The notes below the pieces were generated by a model, which was given only the letters and a program-made list of their open reading frames with translations, made no database searches and was not told the origin of the DNA. From a virus, in IMG/VR virus record IMGVR_UViG_3300027714_000005: a stretch of 64,000 nucleotides of DNA. The stretch is one strand, 5' to 3'. A program made the translations under genes and the position numbers. Below are positions 1 to 10,057 of the stretch, piece by piece; the stretch's first letter is position 1; every line of letters begins with the position of its first letter.

Positions 1-1089
1 AAAGACCACAATTTCAATACACTACACACCATACAATGGCCTCAATCCTTGGGTACAATCTATGGTGGTGTCACCGCTTCACTCGGTTATAAAGCACTAA
101 GAGACGAATACATCATCATGGGACTCGCATCCTATGGTGAGGTTGATGACGAATTATATAAACTACTACACAACTGTTACTATTGGTTTGAAAGTAAACA
201 AGGTAAAGATGTACGGATGAATGTAGAGTTCGCAGGGTATTGTCTTGCAGAAAGTGAACTGTCCGCAAAATACGCTAAGTATGAAACTCGATTCCGAGAT
301 TACATATCGGAACACTGCACACCCGAAAATGCGTCTGCTACTGTGCAGAAGTTCTTTGAAGTTGAAGTGATGAAGATAATGACTACTGCACGGCAGTATG
401 GTAGTAAGTTAGTGTATGGTGGTGGATGTGCTCAGAACGTTACTGCAAACACTTTAATCCGTGAACTGTTTGATGAGATGCATATTGCAATCGCACCAAG
501 TGATTCGGGTAACGCATTAGGATGTGCGGCATACTCATGGCATAAGGCAACAGGGGGAACACACCTAAAGTGGTCTCCTTACCTTGGACACAACATAGAC
601 CGTGACATAGACCCCAAAGAAGTCGCACAATACCTTGTAGATAACAAAATATGTGGTGTTGCGAATGGTCGTGCGGAATATGGCCCACGTGCGTTAGGTA
701 ATCGTTCATTACTTGCAGACGTTCGTTCCGACATCAATGACACTGTTAACACTATTAAACGTAGACAGAAGTTCCGACCCTTTGCTCCGGCAATTCTATC
801 CGAACACGCAGACGAATACTTCTCTGGCCCAATGAATGAGTATATGCAATTCACCGCAGTTGCTAAACACAAATACTCTTCGGTCACACATGCTGACGGA
901 ACCGCAAGAGTTCAGTTAGTAACACCAGATTGTAAATCAGTCTTACGTCAGATACTAGAAGAGTATTACAAATTAACGGGTGTTCCGATGTTACTAAATA
1001 CATCTTTAAACATCCGTAACAAACCAATGGTCAATACCGTAGAAGAGGCTATTGAGTGGGAAAACAAATACAAAGTAAAGGTATTCTAA
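1..1089 (+). CDS. Carbamoyltransferase (CmcH/NodU/TobZ family), 5'-truncated by window edge
   Basis: Frame open from base 1 (..WPQSLG..). Motifs IMGLASYG, GGCAQN, APSDSGNALG, GRAEYGPRALGNRSLLAD, RQKFRPFAP, PMLLNTSLN. Confidence 0.92.
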   Translation, partial: KDHNFNTLHTIQWPQSLGTIYGGVTASLGYKALRDEYIIMGLASYGEVDDELYKLLHNCYYWFESKQGKDVRMNVEFAGYCLAESELSAKYAKYETRFRDYISEHCTPENASATVQKFFEVEVMKIMTTARQYGSKLVYGGGCAQNVTANTLIRELFDEMHIAIAPSDSGNALGCAAYSWHKATGGTHLKWSPYLGHNIDRDIDPKEVAQYLVDNKICGVANGRAEYGPRALGNRSLLADVRSDINDTVNTIKRRQKFRPFAPAILSEHADEYFSGPMNEYMQFTAVAKHKYSSVTHADGTARVQLVTPDCKSVLRQILEEYYKLTGVPMLLNTSLNIRNKPMVNTVEEAIEWENKYKVKVF

Positions 1090-1412
1090 TGGAAAATAAA
1101 AAAATGAAAGATTTTCACCCCGCAGACTCAAACGGAGACGGTATCGTCTCGGCAGAAGAACAATCAATGTACCTTGAGTTCAAGAGAAAAGAACTCGATG
1201 ACCAAGACGCAATGCGTGACGCACAACGTAAGATGACGTGGTTTGCTTTGTTTGGTATGTTACTATATCCTTTTGCTGTAGTTCTAGCTAGTCTAATGGG
1301 ATTGACTGAAGCACAATCGACACTGGGTAATATGGCACCTACGTATTTTGTAGCGACTGCCGGTATTGTTGCCGCATTCTTTGGTACTCAAGCATATAAT
1401 AAGAACAAGTAG
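1089..1412 (+). CDS. Small membrane protein with EF-hand-like motif and two TM helices
   Basis: DSNGDGIVSAEE loop, two hydrophobic segments. ATG overlaps upstream TAA. Confidence 0.6.
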   Translation: MENKKMKDFHPADSNGDGIVSAEEQSMYLEFKRKELDDQDAMRDAQRKMTWFALFGMLLYPFAVVLASLMGLTEAQSTLGNMAPTYFVATAGIVAAFFGTQAYNKNK

Positions 1413-2212
1413 TGGAAAAGGTTAGGTGGCGTGGCACGTGGGGAATGGGGGATGTTATTCTCGCACTCAATATCTGTCACAACTATTGTTATAAAAACGA
1501 TACGACACTCAACCTAGAGATGCACTGGGAGCACGGGGAAGACCATTTAGAAACCCCTGAAGACCCTGAAACAATCATAGAACGTATGACGTGGATACAT
1601 ACCAAATACTATCGTGAAGAAGATGTAACAGTAACCCACGTCTATAACTCCGACCTATTTGATTCTGGCAATGTAAATCCTAATAAATCTAAAAGAAGAT
1701 TCTACTTCGAATCTGGTGCGTTTGAAGATACAGATGCCCCTGACAATAACTGGCCTTGGAAAAGGGAACACTACAAAAATCATATCGATACCAAGAAGAT
1801 AGTTGTATGGACACCTACCTATAATTCAGAACCACCAAGAAAGTGGAAAAGGTTCTTGACAAAAGATGATTGGGGTGATATAATAGAGCTACTTCGCAGG
1901 GAGGGGTGGATACTAGTAGAACTCACTTATCGTACACCTATAAAAGAAGCATTCAAACAGATACAAGATGCAGACTATGTCTTCTGTTATGATGGAATGT
2001 GGCACTATCTCGCAAAGAACTTCTCTACACCAATATTTATACCATCATGGGAAGGCATCAGTGGTTATGCTTGCCCTCAAGTAGTATGTAGACCTAATAA
2101 GAAACTTACTATGAAGTTTGTATCTACATTCACTGAAGAGGGACATAAACATATGAAATATAAATCTGATAAATACCTAAGAAAACTTGGAGAATACTTT
2201 AGTGAAGATTGA
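1412..2212 (+). CDS. Glycosyltransferase, GT9 (heptosyltransferase)-like GT-B fold
   Basis: N-terminal GMGDVIL, central RKW..DW..II..L, C-terminal DGMWHYLAKNFSTP resembling D(S/T)G..H.A. Confidence 0.55.
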   Translation: MEKVRWRGTWGMGDVILALNICHNYCYKNDTTLNLEMHWEHGEDHLETPEDPETIIERMTWIHTKYYREEDVTVTHVYNSDLFDSGNVNPNKSKRRFYFESGAFEDTDAPDNNWPWKREHYKNHIDTKKIVVWTPTYNSEPPRKWKRFLTKDDWGDIIELLRREGWILVELTYRTPIKEAFKQIQDADYVFCYDGMWHYLAKNFSTPIFIPSWEGISGYACPQVVCRPNKKLTMKFVSTFTEEGHKHMKYKSDKYLRKLGEYFSED

Positions 2213-3164
2213 TAGAGCAGTAATTGAAATTAATGGTGCGTGTAACTATAGTTGTACTATGTGTCCTCAAGACACTAGAACGGGTGGTAGAAACAAAGAC
2301 TTTCTCAAGAAGATGGGACTGGAAGAGTTTGAGAGAAATGTTGCTGATTGTGCAAAACATGGACTACGAGTAGTTAACCTAGAAGGTAGTGGAGAACCCA
2401 CACTGAATAGACATCTACCCGAATACATTAAGATTGTTAAGAAGTATGGAGCTAAGTGTTTCATGTTCTCTAATGGATTCCGTATGCATGGACAGTTCAT
2501 GGCAGACTGTGTTGATGCCGGACTAGACTTCTTTCGATTCTCGTTCATTGGATACAACCCTGAGAAGTATGATGAGTGGATGAACAATACTATTGGAGGA
2601 AACTTCAATAACATTGTTGATAACATTAAACAGATGAAAGCATATGTGGACAAGACTGGAAGTGACTGTGTAGTCGCAACCTATCACTTGATTACTGACA
2701 ACGAAAACCTAAATAAAGAACTTGACCAGTATAAAGCTTTGGTTGATGACCTTGGTGTCAAAACTGAAATTTGGAAAATGCATAATTGGTCTGGTGTATA
2801 CAACATCGGTCTCAATGAGAGAGAAGGGAAGGTAAAAAGTTGTGGTAGACCATTTAGTCCTGATGTTGTTATTCGTGCTGGCGGTACTGACGGTAAGAGA
2901 GGTGGTGTTGCACCTTGTTGCCAAGTACTCGGTCAAGACGAAAAGGCCGTTCTGGGGCACACCTCTGAGAACACCATCGAAGAAATATGGTACGGAGAAG
3001 AATATACAAAACTCCGTGAAGATCATACTAGCGGAAACTATCCTGATTATTGTCTTAGTTGCGACTTTCTATTGGATGACCCCGAAGTACTTGTCTACAC
3101 TAACCATGAGCGTGACCTAATGAAGATGCACGGAACAGAGTTCGACTTAAATGATTACCGATAA
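2202..3164 (+). CDS. Radical SAM protein with SPASM/twitch domain
   Basis: CNYSCTMC (CxxxCxxC), GSGEPTL, SNG; C-terminal CGRPF..PCC..C..C. Confidence 0.9.
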   Translation: MKIDRAVIEINGACNYSCTMCPQDTRTGGRNKDFLKKMGLEEFERNVADCAKHGLRVVNLEGSGEPTLNRHLPEYIKIVKKYGAKCFMFSNGFRMHGQFMADCVDAGLDFFRFSFIGYNPEKYDEWMNNTIGGNFNNIVDNIKQMKAYVDKTGSDCVVATYHLITDNENLNKELDQYKALVDDLGVKTEIWKMHNWSGVYNIGLNEREGKVKSCGRPFSPDVVIRAGGTDGKRGGVAPCCQVLGQDEKAVLGHTSENTIEEIWYGEEYTKLREDHTSGNYPDYCLSCDFLLDDPEVLVYTNHERDLMKMHGTEFDLNDYR

Positions 3165-3747
3165 TCTATGGATGATACAGATACACGGCAACGAGGTATC
3201 ACAACATTATGCAAAACAGTCGATTCCTACATGGGATTGTCATGTCAACCTCTTTGATGCATACACCCCAGAAGCAATGCCTAGCTACTTGAACTTTGGT
3301 AAGTTCTGGGGGGTGCGAGACTTCAGTGAATCTGAGAAGGCAGGATTCTACAGTCACCTAGAGTTATGGCAACTGTGTTTCGTGGAAGACAGACCTATCT
3401 CAATCATAGAACATGATGTGGTGCGATGTAAAAAGGATATGCCTATCATAGGTAACTTCTTTGCATTCGCAGACTTCGAAGATGAGAAAAGTTGGAGAAA
3501 CTATTCTACTAGATTCAAGGGTCATCCATACTGGGGAACAGATGAACCACTGTGTCCTGTCACACACGCATACTACCTCACTCCCGATGTTGCGGAGGCA
3601 TTATTCTACGCAGTCATCCTAGACCCCATCACTAAGTTCGTGGACGATTATATGTGGGAGTTCATGGGTCAAGACAAAGACAAGATAGTACAGTATTCTA
3701 ATCCTATATACTATGAACACATTGGAGGCACAATGGCCCATGAATAG
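3151..3747 (+). CDS. Glycosyltransferase family 25-like
   Basis: GFYSHLELW, IIEHD, THAYYLTP, VDDY motifs. Confidence 0.7.
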   Translation: MITDNLWMIQIHGNEVSQHYAKQSIPTWDCHVNLFDAYTPEAMPSYLNFGKFWGVRDFSESEKAGFYSHLELWQLCFVEDRPISIIEHDVVRCKKDMPIIGNFFAFADFEDEKSWRNYSTRFKGHPYWGTDEPLCPVTHAYYLTPDVAEALFYAVILDPITKFVDDYMWEFMGQDKDKIVQYSNPIYYEHIGGTMAHE

Positions 3748-4531
3748 AATGATATATCAGGTTTCTGTAGGGAAACCATCTAAACTTTACGAACACTGTA
3801 TCCAATCGGTAAGTGATTACTGTGAACGACACGACATCAAACACATTATATTGAGTCAACCAAAACTAAGAATCAAACCAGACATCTTTACCAGTGGACG
3901 AAGCGAAGAGTCGTACATGAAGTATGGTGGGTATCTACCTATCTACGAGAAAGAGAATGCGTTTGAGTACCTCGATGATTATGACCAGATTGCAATCATT
4001 GATGCTGATATCTATATCCGACCAGACGCACCAAATATCTTTGATGAGATGGATGGCGACTACGCATTTGGTGCTGTTGCTGAACGTGAGATGGATATTC
4101 AAACTTGGTATACTGGCAAGATTCAAAACTACTCTGCAATGCAGTATCGTCACCTACACGGTAGCGGACAGGGGGACTTCGTACCAAATCACTTAGGGTT
4201 TGAGTTCTTCAATATGGGGATGATTCTCTTGAACTCACAACAATTCAAACCATACCTCAAGGGACAGTCACCCCACGACTTCTTGATGAGAGATGAGTTT
4301 AAGGACTTTGTTGATGGAATAGGTGCTTACAAATGGAGTACCGACCAGACACTATTGAACTACTTCCTCAAGAAGTACAAGATACCTACCAAACATATGG
4401 AAGGCAAATGGAATGGATTGTTTGGTGCGGTCAATAATGTAAAAGAGTGTCACTTTGTACACTTCTTCCTGAAGGACAAACTTCCCAACGGTGGAGAAAA
4501 TGTCGAAGAGTTAATGAAACAAATCGTATAA
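3740..4531 (+). CDS. GT-A glycosyltransferase (GT8/GT34-like)
   Basis: IIDAD (DxD), FNMGMIL, DQTLLN, WN, FVHF motifs. Confidence 0.75.
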   Translation: MNRMIYQVSVGKPSKLYEHCIQSVSDYCERHDIKHIILSQPKLRIKPDIFTSGRSEESYMKYGGYLPIYEKENAFEYLDDYDQIAIIDADIYIRPDAPNIFDEMDGDYAFGAVAEREMDIQTWYTGKIQNYSAMQYRHLHGSGQGDFVPNHLGFEFFNMGMILLNSQQFKPYLKGQSPHDFLMRDEFKDFVDGIGAYKWSTDQTLLNYFLKKYKIPTKHMEGKWNGLFGAVNNVKECHFVHFFLKDKLPNGGENVEELMKQIV

Positions 4532-4534
4532 ATA
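4527..4534 (+). promoter_or_regulatory. T4-type late promoter (TATAAATA) upstream of porin-TctA-TctC unit
   Basis: Exact TATAAATA about 50 bp before ATG 4581. Confidence 0.75.
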
Positions 4535-4580
4535 ACCCTTAGACAATACCGTCTAAACCTATATTAAGAGAGTGAGAAAT

Positions 4581-5177
4581 ATGAACATACTAAAGACAGT
4601 CCTTGTAGCAGGGACTTTAATTACTGCCGCACCTGCATTTTCCGCAGGAGACTACACCGAAAAGAACTTCAAACTTGTAAGTAAAGACACGGGGACATCT
4701 GTCCAATACCGTGGATACACCAGTGGTGACCAGTTCACTATGGTTGGAGTTGCACAAAAAGTTGGTAAGTGGAAAGTCGGGTATCGCAACACCAAGTCTA
4801 AAGGCAAGACCGAAAACCGTTATCGCATCACTGCACCGAAAGTATTCTCCCTAATGGGTGTTACTATGAAACCTCGTGCAGAGTGGAGAGAGTGGGAATC
4901 TGACCAGAAAGATTCATACCTACGTTTAACACCCGTTATTCAAACCGGAGGAGACATCACCAATAAACTATCATGGTTTCTTGATGTCAAACCTAAGTTT
5001 GCTTTTGGTAAGGTAGGCACCGATAATGGTCGTTTGGAAAGTGTACAGAATGATCTTGGAGTTGATTACCAATTCAATGATTACATTAGTGCAGGAATCT
5101 TCTACGAGTATGTGGCTGACGATAACTTTTCGAAAAAAGATGATTTCTTCGGAACAAGTATAGTCGTTAAGTTCTAG
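4581..5177 (+). CDS. Putative outer-membrane beta-barrel (porin-like) protein
   Basis: Sec signal peptide (..APAFSA), amphipathic beta-strand pattern, C-terminal Phe (TSIVVKF). Confidence 0.65.
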   Translation: MNILKTVLVAGTLITAAPAFSAGDYTEKNFKLVSKDTGTSVQYRGYTSGDQFTMVGVAQKVGKWKVGYRNTKSKGKTENRYRITAPKVFSLMGVTMKPRAEWREWESDQKDSYLRLTPVIQTGGDITNKLSWFLDVKPKFAFGKVGTDNGRLESVQNDLGVDYQFNDYISAGIFYEYVADDNFSKKDDFFGTSIVVKF

Positions 5178-5179
5178 TC

Positions 5180-6607
5180 ATGGAAATCCTAGTTCTTTTA
5201 CTAGGAGTTCTGTACGGTCTACTAATTGGGGTTATCCCTGCCGCTGGTGCTACTACGGGTCTGGTTACTATCTTTGCATTCTTGCATTGGTTTCCCGACC
5301 CTTACCTTGCAGTAATATTCTGCATGGCAGTGGTCGCTGCGTCAACGACTGGGGATAGTTTCAGTGGTATTCTTCTAGGAATCCCTGGCGCAAACTCTGC
5401 CGCAACTACGATGATTGATGGTCACCCCCTTGCGCTTCAAGGAAAGTCAACCTATGCGTTGACTGCCGCAATCACATCGTCAACAGTAAACGGACTACTC
5501 TGGGGTGGTCTGGTGTTCTTCTTCCTTCCCTATTACGGTAAATTGGTTTACTTCTTTGGCATCCCAGAGTTGTGGATATTCACTTTACTTGCATTCGTGT
5601 GTGTTGTTTTTATATCGAGTAAACTGTGGGTTAGGAGTATTGTTGCACTATTGATAGGTTTATTCCTTGGTGCGGTTGGTACTGACCCCAATACTGCGGG
5701 TGAGAGATTCACGGGTGGTTGGTTTTATATCGAAGACGGTATTCAATTGATGCCTCTGGTCGCAGGACTCTTTGCATTCCCCGAACTGATTGCAGGATTG
5801 AAACGTGGTGGTACTATTGCACCTATCCTGTCAGGGTTCGAACAGAGACGTGAAGGGTTCAAGGCAGTATGGGACAACCGATGGTTATCACTGAGAGGTG
5901 GTTTCATCGGTGCTATCATAGGGATGTTGCCAGCACTCGGTGGTGCGGTAGGTGATTGGATTGCATACGGACAGACTGTTGCAACCAACCCAGACGAAAC
6001 ATTTGGTAACGGGAACATCAAAGGTGTAATTGGGCCGGAGGGTGTAAACAATGCACAGAAGGCAACATCAATGTTACCGACCGTCTTGTTTGGAATTCCA
6101 GGCGCATCATTCGCTGCTGTTCTGTTATCACTGTTTGCATACCTCGACTTTGAGATGGGTTCCTTTGATTTACTAGAAGATGGAAAGTTCTTTTCAAGCT
6201 TGACTTTTGGGTTCATGTATGGTAGTATAATAGTTGGGATAATTTGTATAGTTGCGATGCCATTGGTTGCATCCTTCACACAGGTTAAGTTCAAGTACTA
6301 TGCACCACTCATATTCGCATTCGTCACGTGGGCTTGTGTACAGTACACGGGTGGTTGGCAAGACTACTTTGTGTTGGTACTATGTACTATAATGGGTCTC
6401 ATACTTAGAAAATATAAGTTTAGTAGACCCGCATTGTTATTAGGGTTTCTGTTGAGTGAAAGGATTGAGAACCTTACACATCAAATGACTGGACTCTACA
6501 CATTAGAATCGGTGATGGATAGACCCCTATTCATTATCTTAACCATTATTACTTTAGGAGTATTCACATGGGGATTATCAAGAAAATCGCAATTGGACTT
6601 TGCTTAG
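5180..6607 (+). CDS. tctA: Tripartite tricarboxylate transporter large permease (TctA family)
   Basis: Polytopic membrane protein with ILLGIPGANSAATTMIDGHPLA, GTDP..G.ERFT, GLFAFPE, GPEGVNNA, LFGIPG. Confidence 0.9.
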   Translation: MEILVLLLGVLYGLLIGVIPAAGATTGLVTIFAFLHWFPDPYLAVIFCMAVVAASTTGDSFSGILLGIPGANSAATTMIDGHPLALQGKSTYALTAAITSSTVNGLLWGGLVFFFLPYYGKLVYFFGIPELWIFTLLAFVCVVFISSKLWVRSIVALLIGLFLGAVGTDPNTAGERFTGGWFYIEDGIQLMPLVAGLFAFPELIAGLKRGGTIAPILSGFEQRREGFKAVWDNRWLSLRGGFIGAIIGMLPALGGAVGDWIAYGQTVATNPDETFGNGNIKGVIGPEGVNNAQKATSMLPTVLFGIPGASFAAVLLSLFAYLDFEMGSFDLLEDGKFFSSLTFGFMYGSIIVGIICIVAMPLVASFTQVKFKYYAPLIFAFVTWACVQYTGGWQDYFVLVLCTIMGLILRKYKFSRPALLLGFLLSERIENLTHQMTGLYTLESVMDRPLFIILTIITLGVFTWGLSRKSQLDFA

Positions 6608-7641
6608 TCTTAACTACACAAGCATTTGCTGATGTAACACTAGTCGTTCCACAAAAGGTTGGTGGAGGAACATCTGTATGGGCATCAATTGTCGCAAAGG
6701 AGATGGAGAAGTATCTGGATGAGAAAGTTATCCTACAACACTATCCGTCTGCACGTGACATCGGTGGATTCAATAAATTTCATAATGAGTATAAAGATCG
6801 AGACGATGTCATCATGGTATCGCATGGTGGTAACGGAGTATCGTTCTTAACGGAAGAGGTTGATTATGTTTACGCAGACTACGAAAGTATTGGTCTGATG
6901 AACCTCAACATCATTGTGGCAAAGAGAAAAGACTTCAACCCCGACACTAGTGTGATTAAGTTCTCTGCTGGTTCGGGACAAACTCCCGAAGCATTTGCAA
7001 TAACATTGTTACAGTGTGGGTGGTTACCTACAACACAACTGTATGTTGACTGTTTTAAAGACGAGGTTGTATGGGTATCTGGTATGTCTGGGGGTGAACG
7101 TAGGCTCGCATTCCGTAGAGGAGAACTCAATGGTACACGTGAGAATCCCGCTGCATACAAGAAACACGTGAGTCAAGATGAGAACGCAGAAGTATGGTTC
7201 CATCACGGTATCATAGTGCCACCTTTACATGAGGGACAAATCGCAAAACATATCGATGATGAGAATTATAAGGGTTACTTGTTAGAAGACCTATTCTTTC
7301 AGAAATGGGGATACGCACCAAAGGGTGACTTCTACGAAGCATACAAACTAGTTAAGTCATTCCGTGATGGTATGCAGAAGGCATTGTGGGTACATAAGGG
7401 TAATCCGAACCGTGACCGTTATGTTGCCGCACTCAATAAAGTTGCGTCCAACCCTGAGTCTATTGCCGCAGTTGCAAAGAAAGTCGGCAATTACGATTGG
7501 TACACTGGAGTTCAGGGTGACGAACATCGTGATATTTTGATGACGCTTATTGATGAGGGTTCTCTCGGAACATTGATTGACTTTAATCGTTCCGCATTGG
7601 GTCTTGATGCGGTGTACAAGGAAGAGTTACTTGTCCAATAA
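6568..7641 (+). CDS. tctC: TctC/Bug-like periplasmic substrate-binding protein
   Basis: Signal peptide (..TQAFA), TLVVPQKVGGGT N-terminal motif, SGGERRLAFRRGEL. Directly downstream of tctA. Confidence 0.7.
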   Translation: MGIIKKIAIGLCLVLTTQAFADVTLVVPQKVGGGTSVWASIVAKEMEKYLDEKVILQHYPSARDIGGFNKFHNEYKDRDDVIMVSHGGNGVSFLTEEVDYVYADYESIGLMNLNIIVAKRKDFNPDTSVIKFSAGSGQTPEAFAITLLQCGWLPTTQLYVDCFKDEVVWVSGMSGGERRLAFRRGELNGTRENPAAYKKHVSQDENAEVWFHHGIIVPPLHEGQIAKHIDDENYKGYLLEDLFFQKWGYAPKGDFYEAYKLVKSFRDGMQKALWVHKGNPNRDRYVAALNKVASNPESIAAVAKKVGNYDWYTGVQGDEHRDILMTLIDEGSLGTLIDFNRSALGLDAVYKEELLVQ

Positions 7642-8182
7642 GTACATATTAGTGACAGGTGCGCCAGGCAGTCGTTGGAGTGGATTCGTCAACGACTGCC
7701 TGTACACTCGTCCTGATGTAGATACTAGTGACCAGTCTCCCAATAGAGAGTATTGGGCTCATGGTGACTTAATGCATAAGGGTGCATACTTCGACCCTAG
7801 TTTCGAGTTCATGAATTCTCCAGAGTCTGAATGGGATAAACCATTTAGTGGTACTGGTTATAGAGTAATCAAGTCACACACGTTTGCGTTTATGTTGGAT
7901 AGGTTAAAGGAACATGGTCACGATATGTATTTGATACATAGACCTGATGACGAGTGTTATGAGTGGTGGCACACGGCTGGTGGTTGGGATATTACCTATC
8001 CAGACTACAGACGTTACTACTGGGATAATGATGGGATGAAAGACCAAATTAGATTACAGAACAAACACATTCTGGACTTTGTCAAACAGGAAGGTCTTGA
8101 AGGTTATGATGACGGAAAGAGGACGATATATCGATGGCGACCCCCTACAAATACACGAAAGAATTTGACCGAAACTGGTTGA
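7631..8182 (+). CDS. Sulfotransferase-like P-loop protein
   Basis: ILVTGAPGSRWS, VIKSH, LIHR motifs. TTG start inferred from upstream AAGGAAGAG. Confidence 0.45.
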   Translation: MSNKYILVTGAPGSRWSGFVNDCLYTRPDVDTSDQSPNREYWAHGDLMHKGAYFDPSFEFMNSPESEWDKPFSGTGYRVIKSHTFAFMLDRLKEHGHDMYLIHRPDDECYEWWHTAGGWDITYPDYRRYYWDNDGMKDQIRLQNKHILDFVKQEGLEGYDDGKRTIYRWRPPTNTRKNLTETG

Positions 8183-8691
8183 AGGATTACTTTACATACG
8201 ACTGGCCCACATCACGAACTGCGGGTCTTGATGGTTATTACTGGACAGGATTTAGGTTAATAGATGAAATCAAAGAAGGGGAACGAGTTCTGGATGTTGG
8301 TTGTGGTCTCAATCCTTTTAAGCGTCACATTACCAATCTTCATGGAATTGATATCACAGACATAGGGTCTGATGAACAGGTTCCTGTAGAATACTTTAAG
8401 ACCGAAGAGAAGTATGATGTTGCGTTTGCACTGGGTAGTATCAACTTCGGTCACTACGATATGATTAAGAGTCAGACCGAAGGAATGGTCAATGCACTGA
8501 AACAGAAATCTCGCATCTATTGGAGATGTAATCCTGCACACCGTGACCACGGTAATGACAAAGTGAAGGATGTGCCATTCTTTCATTGGAGACTGGAACA
8601 CCACCTCTTGTTAGCAAAACGTTTTGGATACGAAGTAACAGAATTTATGCCTGACAAGAACAGGTACTACGTAAAATGGGAAAGAAAATGA
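8134..8691 (+). CDS. Class I SAM-dependent methyltransferase
   Basis: VLDVGCG, GIDI, YDVAFALGSINF. Confidence 0.85.
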   Translation: MATPYKYTKEFDRNWLKDYFTYDWPTSRTAGLDGYYWTGFRLIDEIKEGERVLDVGCGLNPFKRHITNLHGIDITDIGSDEQVPVEYFKTEEKYDVAFALGSINFGHYDMIKSQTEGMVNALKQKSRIYWRCNPAHRDHGNDKVKDVPFFHWRLEHHLLLAKRFGYEVTEFMPDKNRYYVKWERK

Positions 8692-9392
8692 ACCACAAAA
8701 TATTCATCCACATACCTAAGAATGGTGGGATGACAATAAGAAAAAACCAGACGATTAGACAACAAGTCATCTTTTCTTCAACGAATAATCATAAGAGTGC
8801 TGCATACACCAAGGGCCTTGAAGAGAAGATGCACAACACCAAAGACCACCAAGGGTACGAACACGCACGTTGGAGAGACCTGAAGACTGATGTTCAGGAG
8901 AATTTCCAAGCAGTTGCAATCGTTCGTAATCCTTGGGATAGGGTTATGTCTCGGTTTAACTTTGCGAAGAAAGTAATGTACCACGAAGGAACCCAACCAA
9001 AAGACTATGCAGATGTATCATCCTTTGAGGCATTCCTAGAGGAACGTCATAAGTGGGGTGGTCAAGAGTATATGTGGCATCGTGCAATCCGTGGATGGTA
9101 TCCCGCATACGACCATGTGAGTGACTTGGAAGGAAACAACCGATGTGACATACTGCGGTTCGAGAACTATAACGATGACGTGAAACTATACTTCGGTCTA
9201 TTGAGCGACCCGGCTCCCCGCAACATTACTCGTGTACCCAATGATAATGGTAAGACGGGATACGGTACTTCTTATACTGATATATACACTAAAGAGACTA
9301 TACAACTAGTCGCTGACTGGTACAAGAAAGATATAGACTATTGGGGTTTTGACTTTGATACTGGTGCGACTAAAAATTACTGGATTAAATGA
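8688..9392 (+). CDS. Sulfotransferase (Sulfotransfer_2 family)
   Basis: FIHIPKNGGMTI (5'-PSB), VRNPWDRVMS (3'-PB), LRFEN, Y..DI..WGFDF. Confidence 0.85.
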   Translation: MNHKIFIHIPKNGGMTIRKNQTIRQQVIFSSTNNHKSAAYTKGLEEKMHNTKDHQGYEHARWRDLKTDVQENFQAVAIVRNPWDRVMSRFNFAKKVMYHEGTQPKDYADVSSFEAFLEERHKWGGQEYMWHRAIRGWYPAYDHVSDLEGNNRCDILRFENYNDDVKLYFGLLSDPAPRNITRVPNDNGKTGYGTSYTDIYTKETIQLVADWYKKDIDYWGFDFDTGATKNYWIK

Positions 9393-10048
9393 TGTTAAAA
9401 GAACTTTTTGACAAATACGGTTGTGATAAGGGAACGGGTAGACACCACTACTATAAAGAATATGAACCCTACATGAAACCCGTAAGAGAGGAGCTCCTCG
9501 GTAGAGGGCCCTCTACCAACGACCCTATCAATATTCTTGAGATTGGTACATTCAAGGGTGCATCTACTCGTGCGTTCCATGAATATTTTCCTAAGGCAAA
9601 CATTTATGTCATAGACTTATTTGACCGTATTCCGTCTAAAGATGTTACAATATTACGCAAAGACCGAGTTCGTTTCATAGAGTCGAACTCTACAGTAAGA
9701 TCACTCCCCAATAAGATTAAAAAAGCATGGGGTACGGATATCAAGTTCGACTTTATTATCGATGACGGTGCACATTGGCCAGAGGCAAATCGACTGACCT
9801 TTGAGAATACCATAGAGTTCTTGAAACCTGATGGGACATATTTTGTCGAAGATGTATGGCCATTGCACTTAATGACACCAACCCAGTTGTTAGATAAATA
9901 TCTCGTCAAGAATCCCGGCCGTTACGACATGGATAAACACCTTCAAATGATGGATGTTTTTAAGAAATACGATATGACATCATATGATCGTAGGGAAGAA
10001 ACCCGCCGCGGTGATACCTATATTATCGCAATGAAACACAAAAAGTAA
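9389..10048 (+). CDS. SAM-dependent O-methyltransferase (MycE-like sugar methyltransferase)
   Basis: DKG...H.Y...YE, ILEIG, FDFIIDDGAH, LKPDGTYFVED. Confidence 0.8.
   Translation: MMLKELFDKYGCDKGTGRHHYYKEYEPYMKPVREELLGRGPSTNDPINILEIGTFKGASTRAFHEYFPKANIYVIDLFDRIPSKDVTILRKDRVRFIESNSTVRSLPNKIKKAWGTDIKFDFIIDDGAHWPEANRLTFENTIEFLKPDGTYFVEDVWPLHLMTPTQLLDKYLVKNPGRYDMDKHLQMMDVFKKYDMTSYDRREETRRGDTYIIAMKHKK
9488..9517. repeat. Two abutting perfect palindromes (12 bp + 18 bp) inside the methyltransferase CDS
   Basis: GAGGAGCTCCTC (9488-9499) and GGTAGAGGGCCCTCTACC (9500-9517) each equal their own reverse complement. Confidence 0.95.
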
Positions 10049-10057
10049 GGAAATCCA

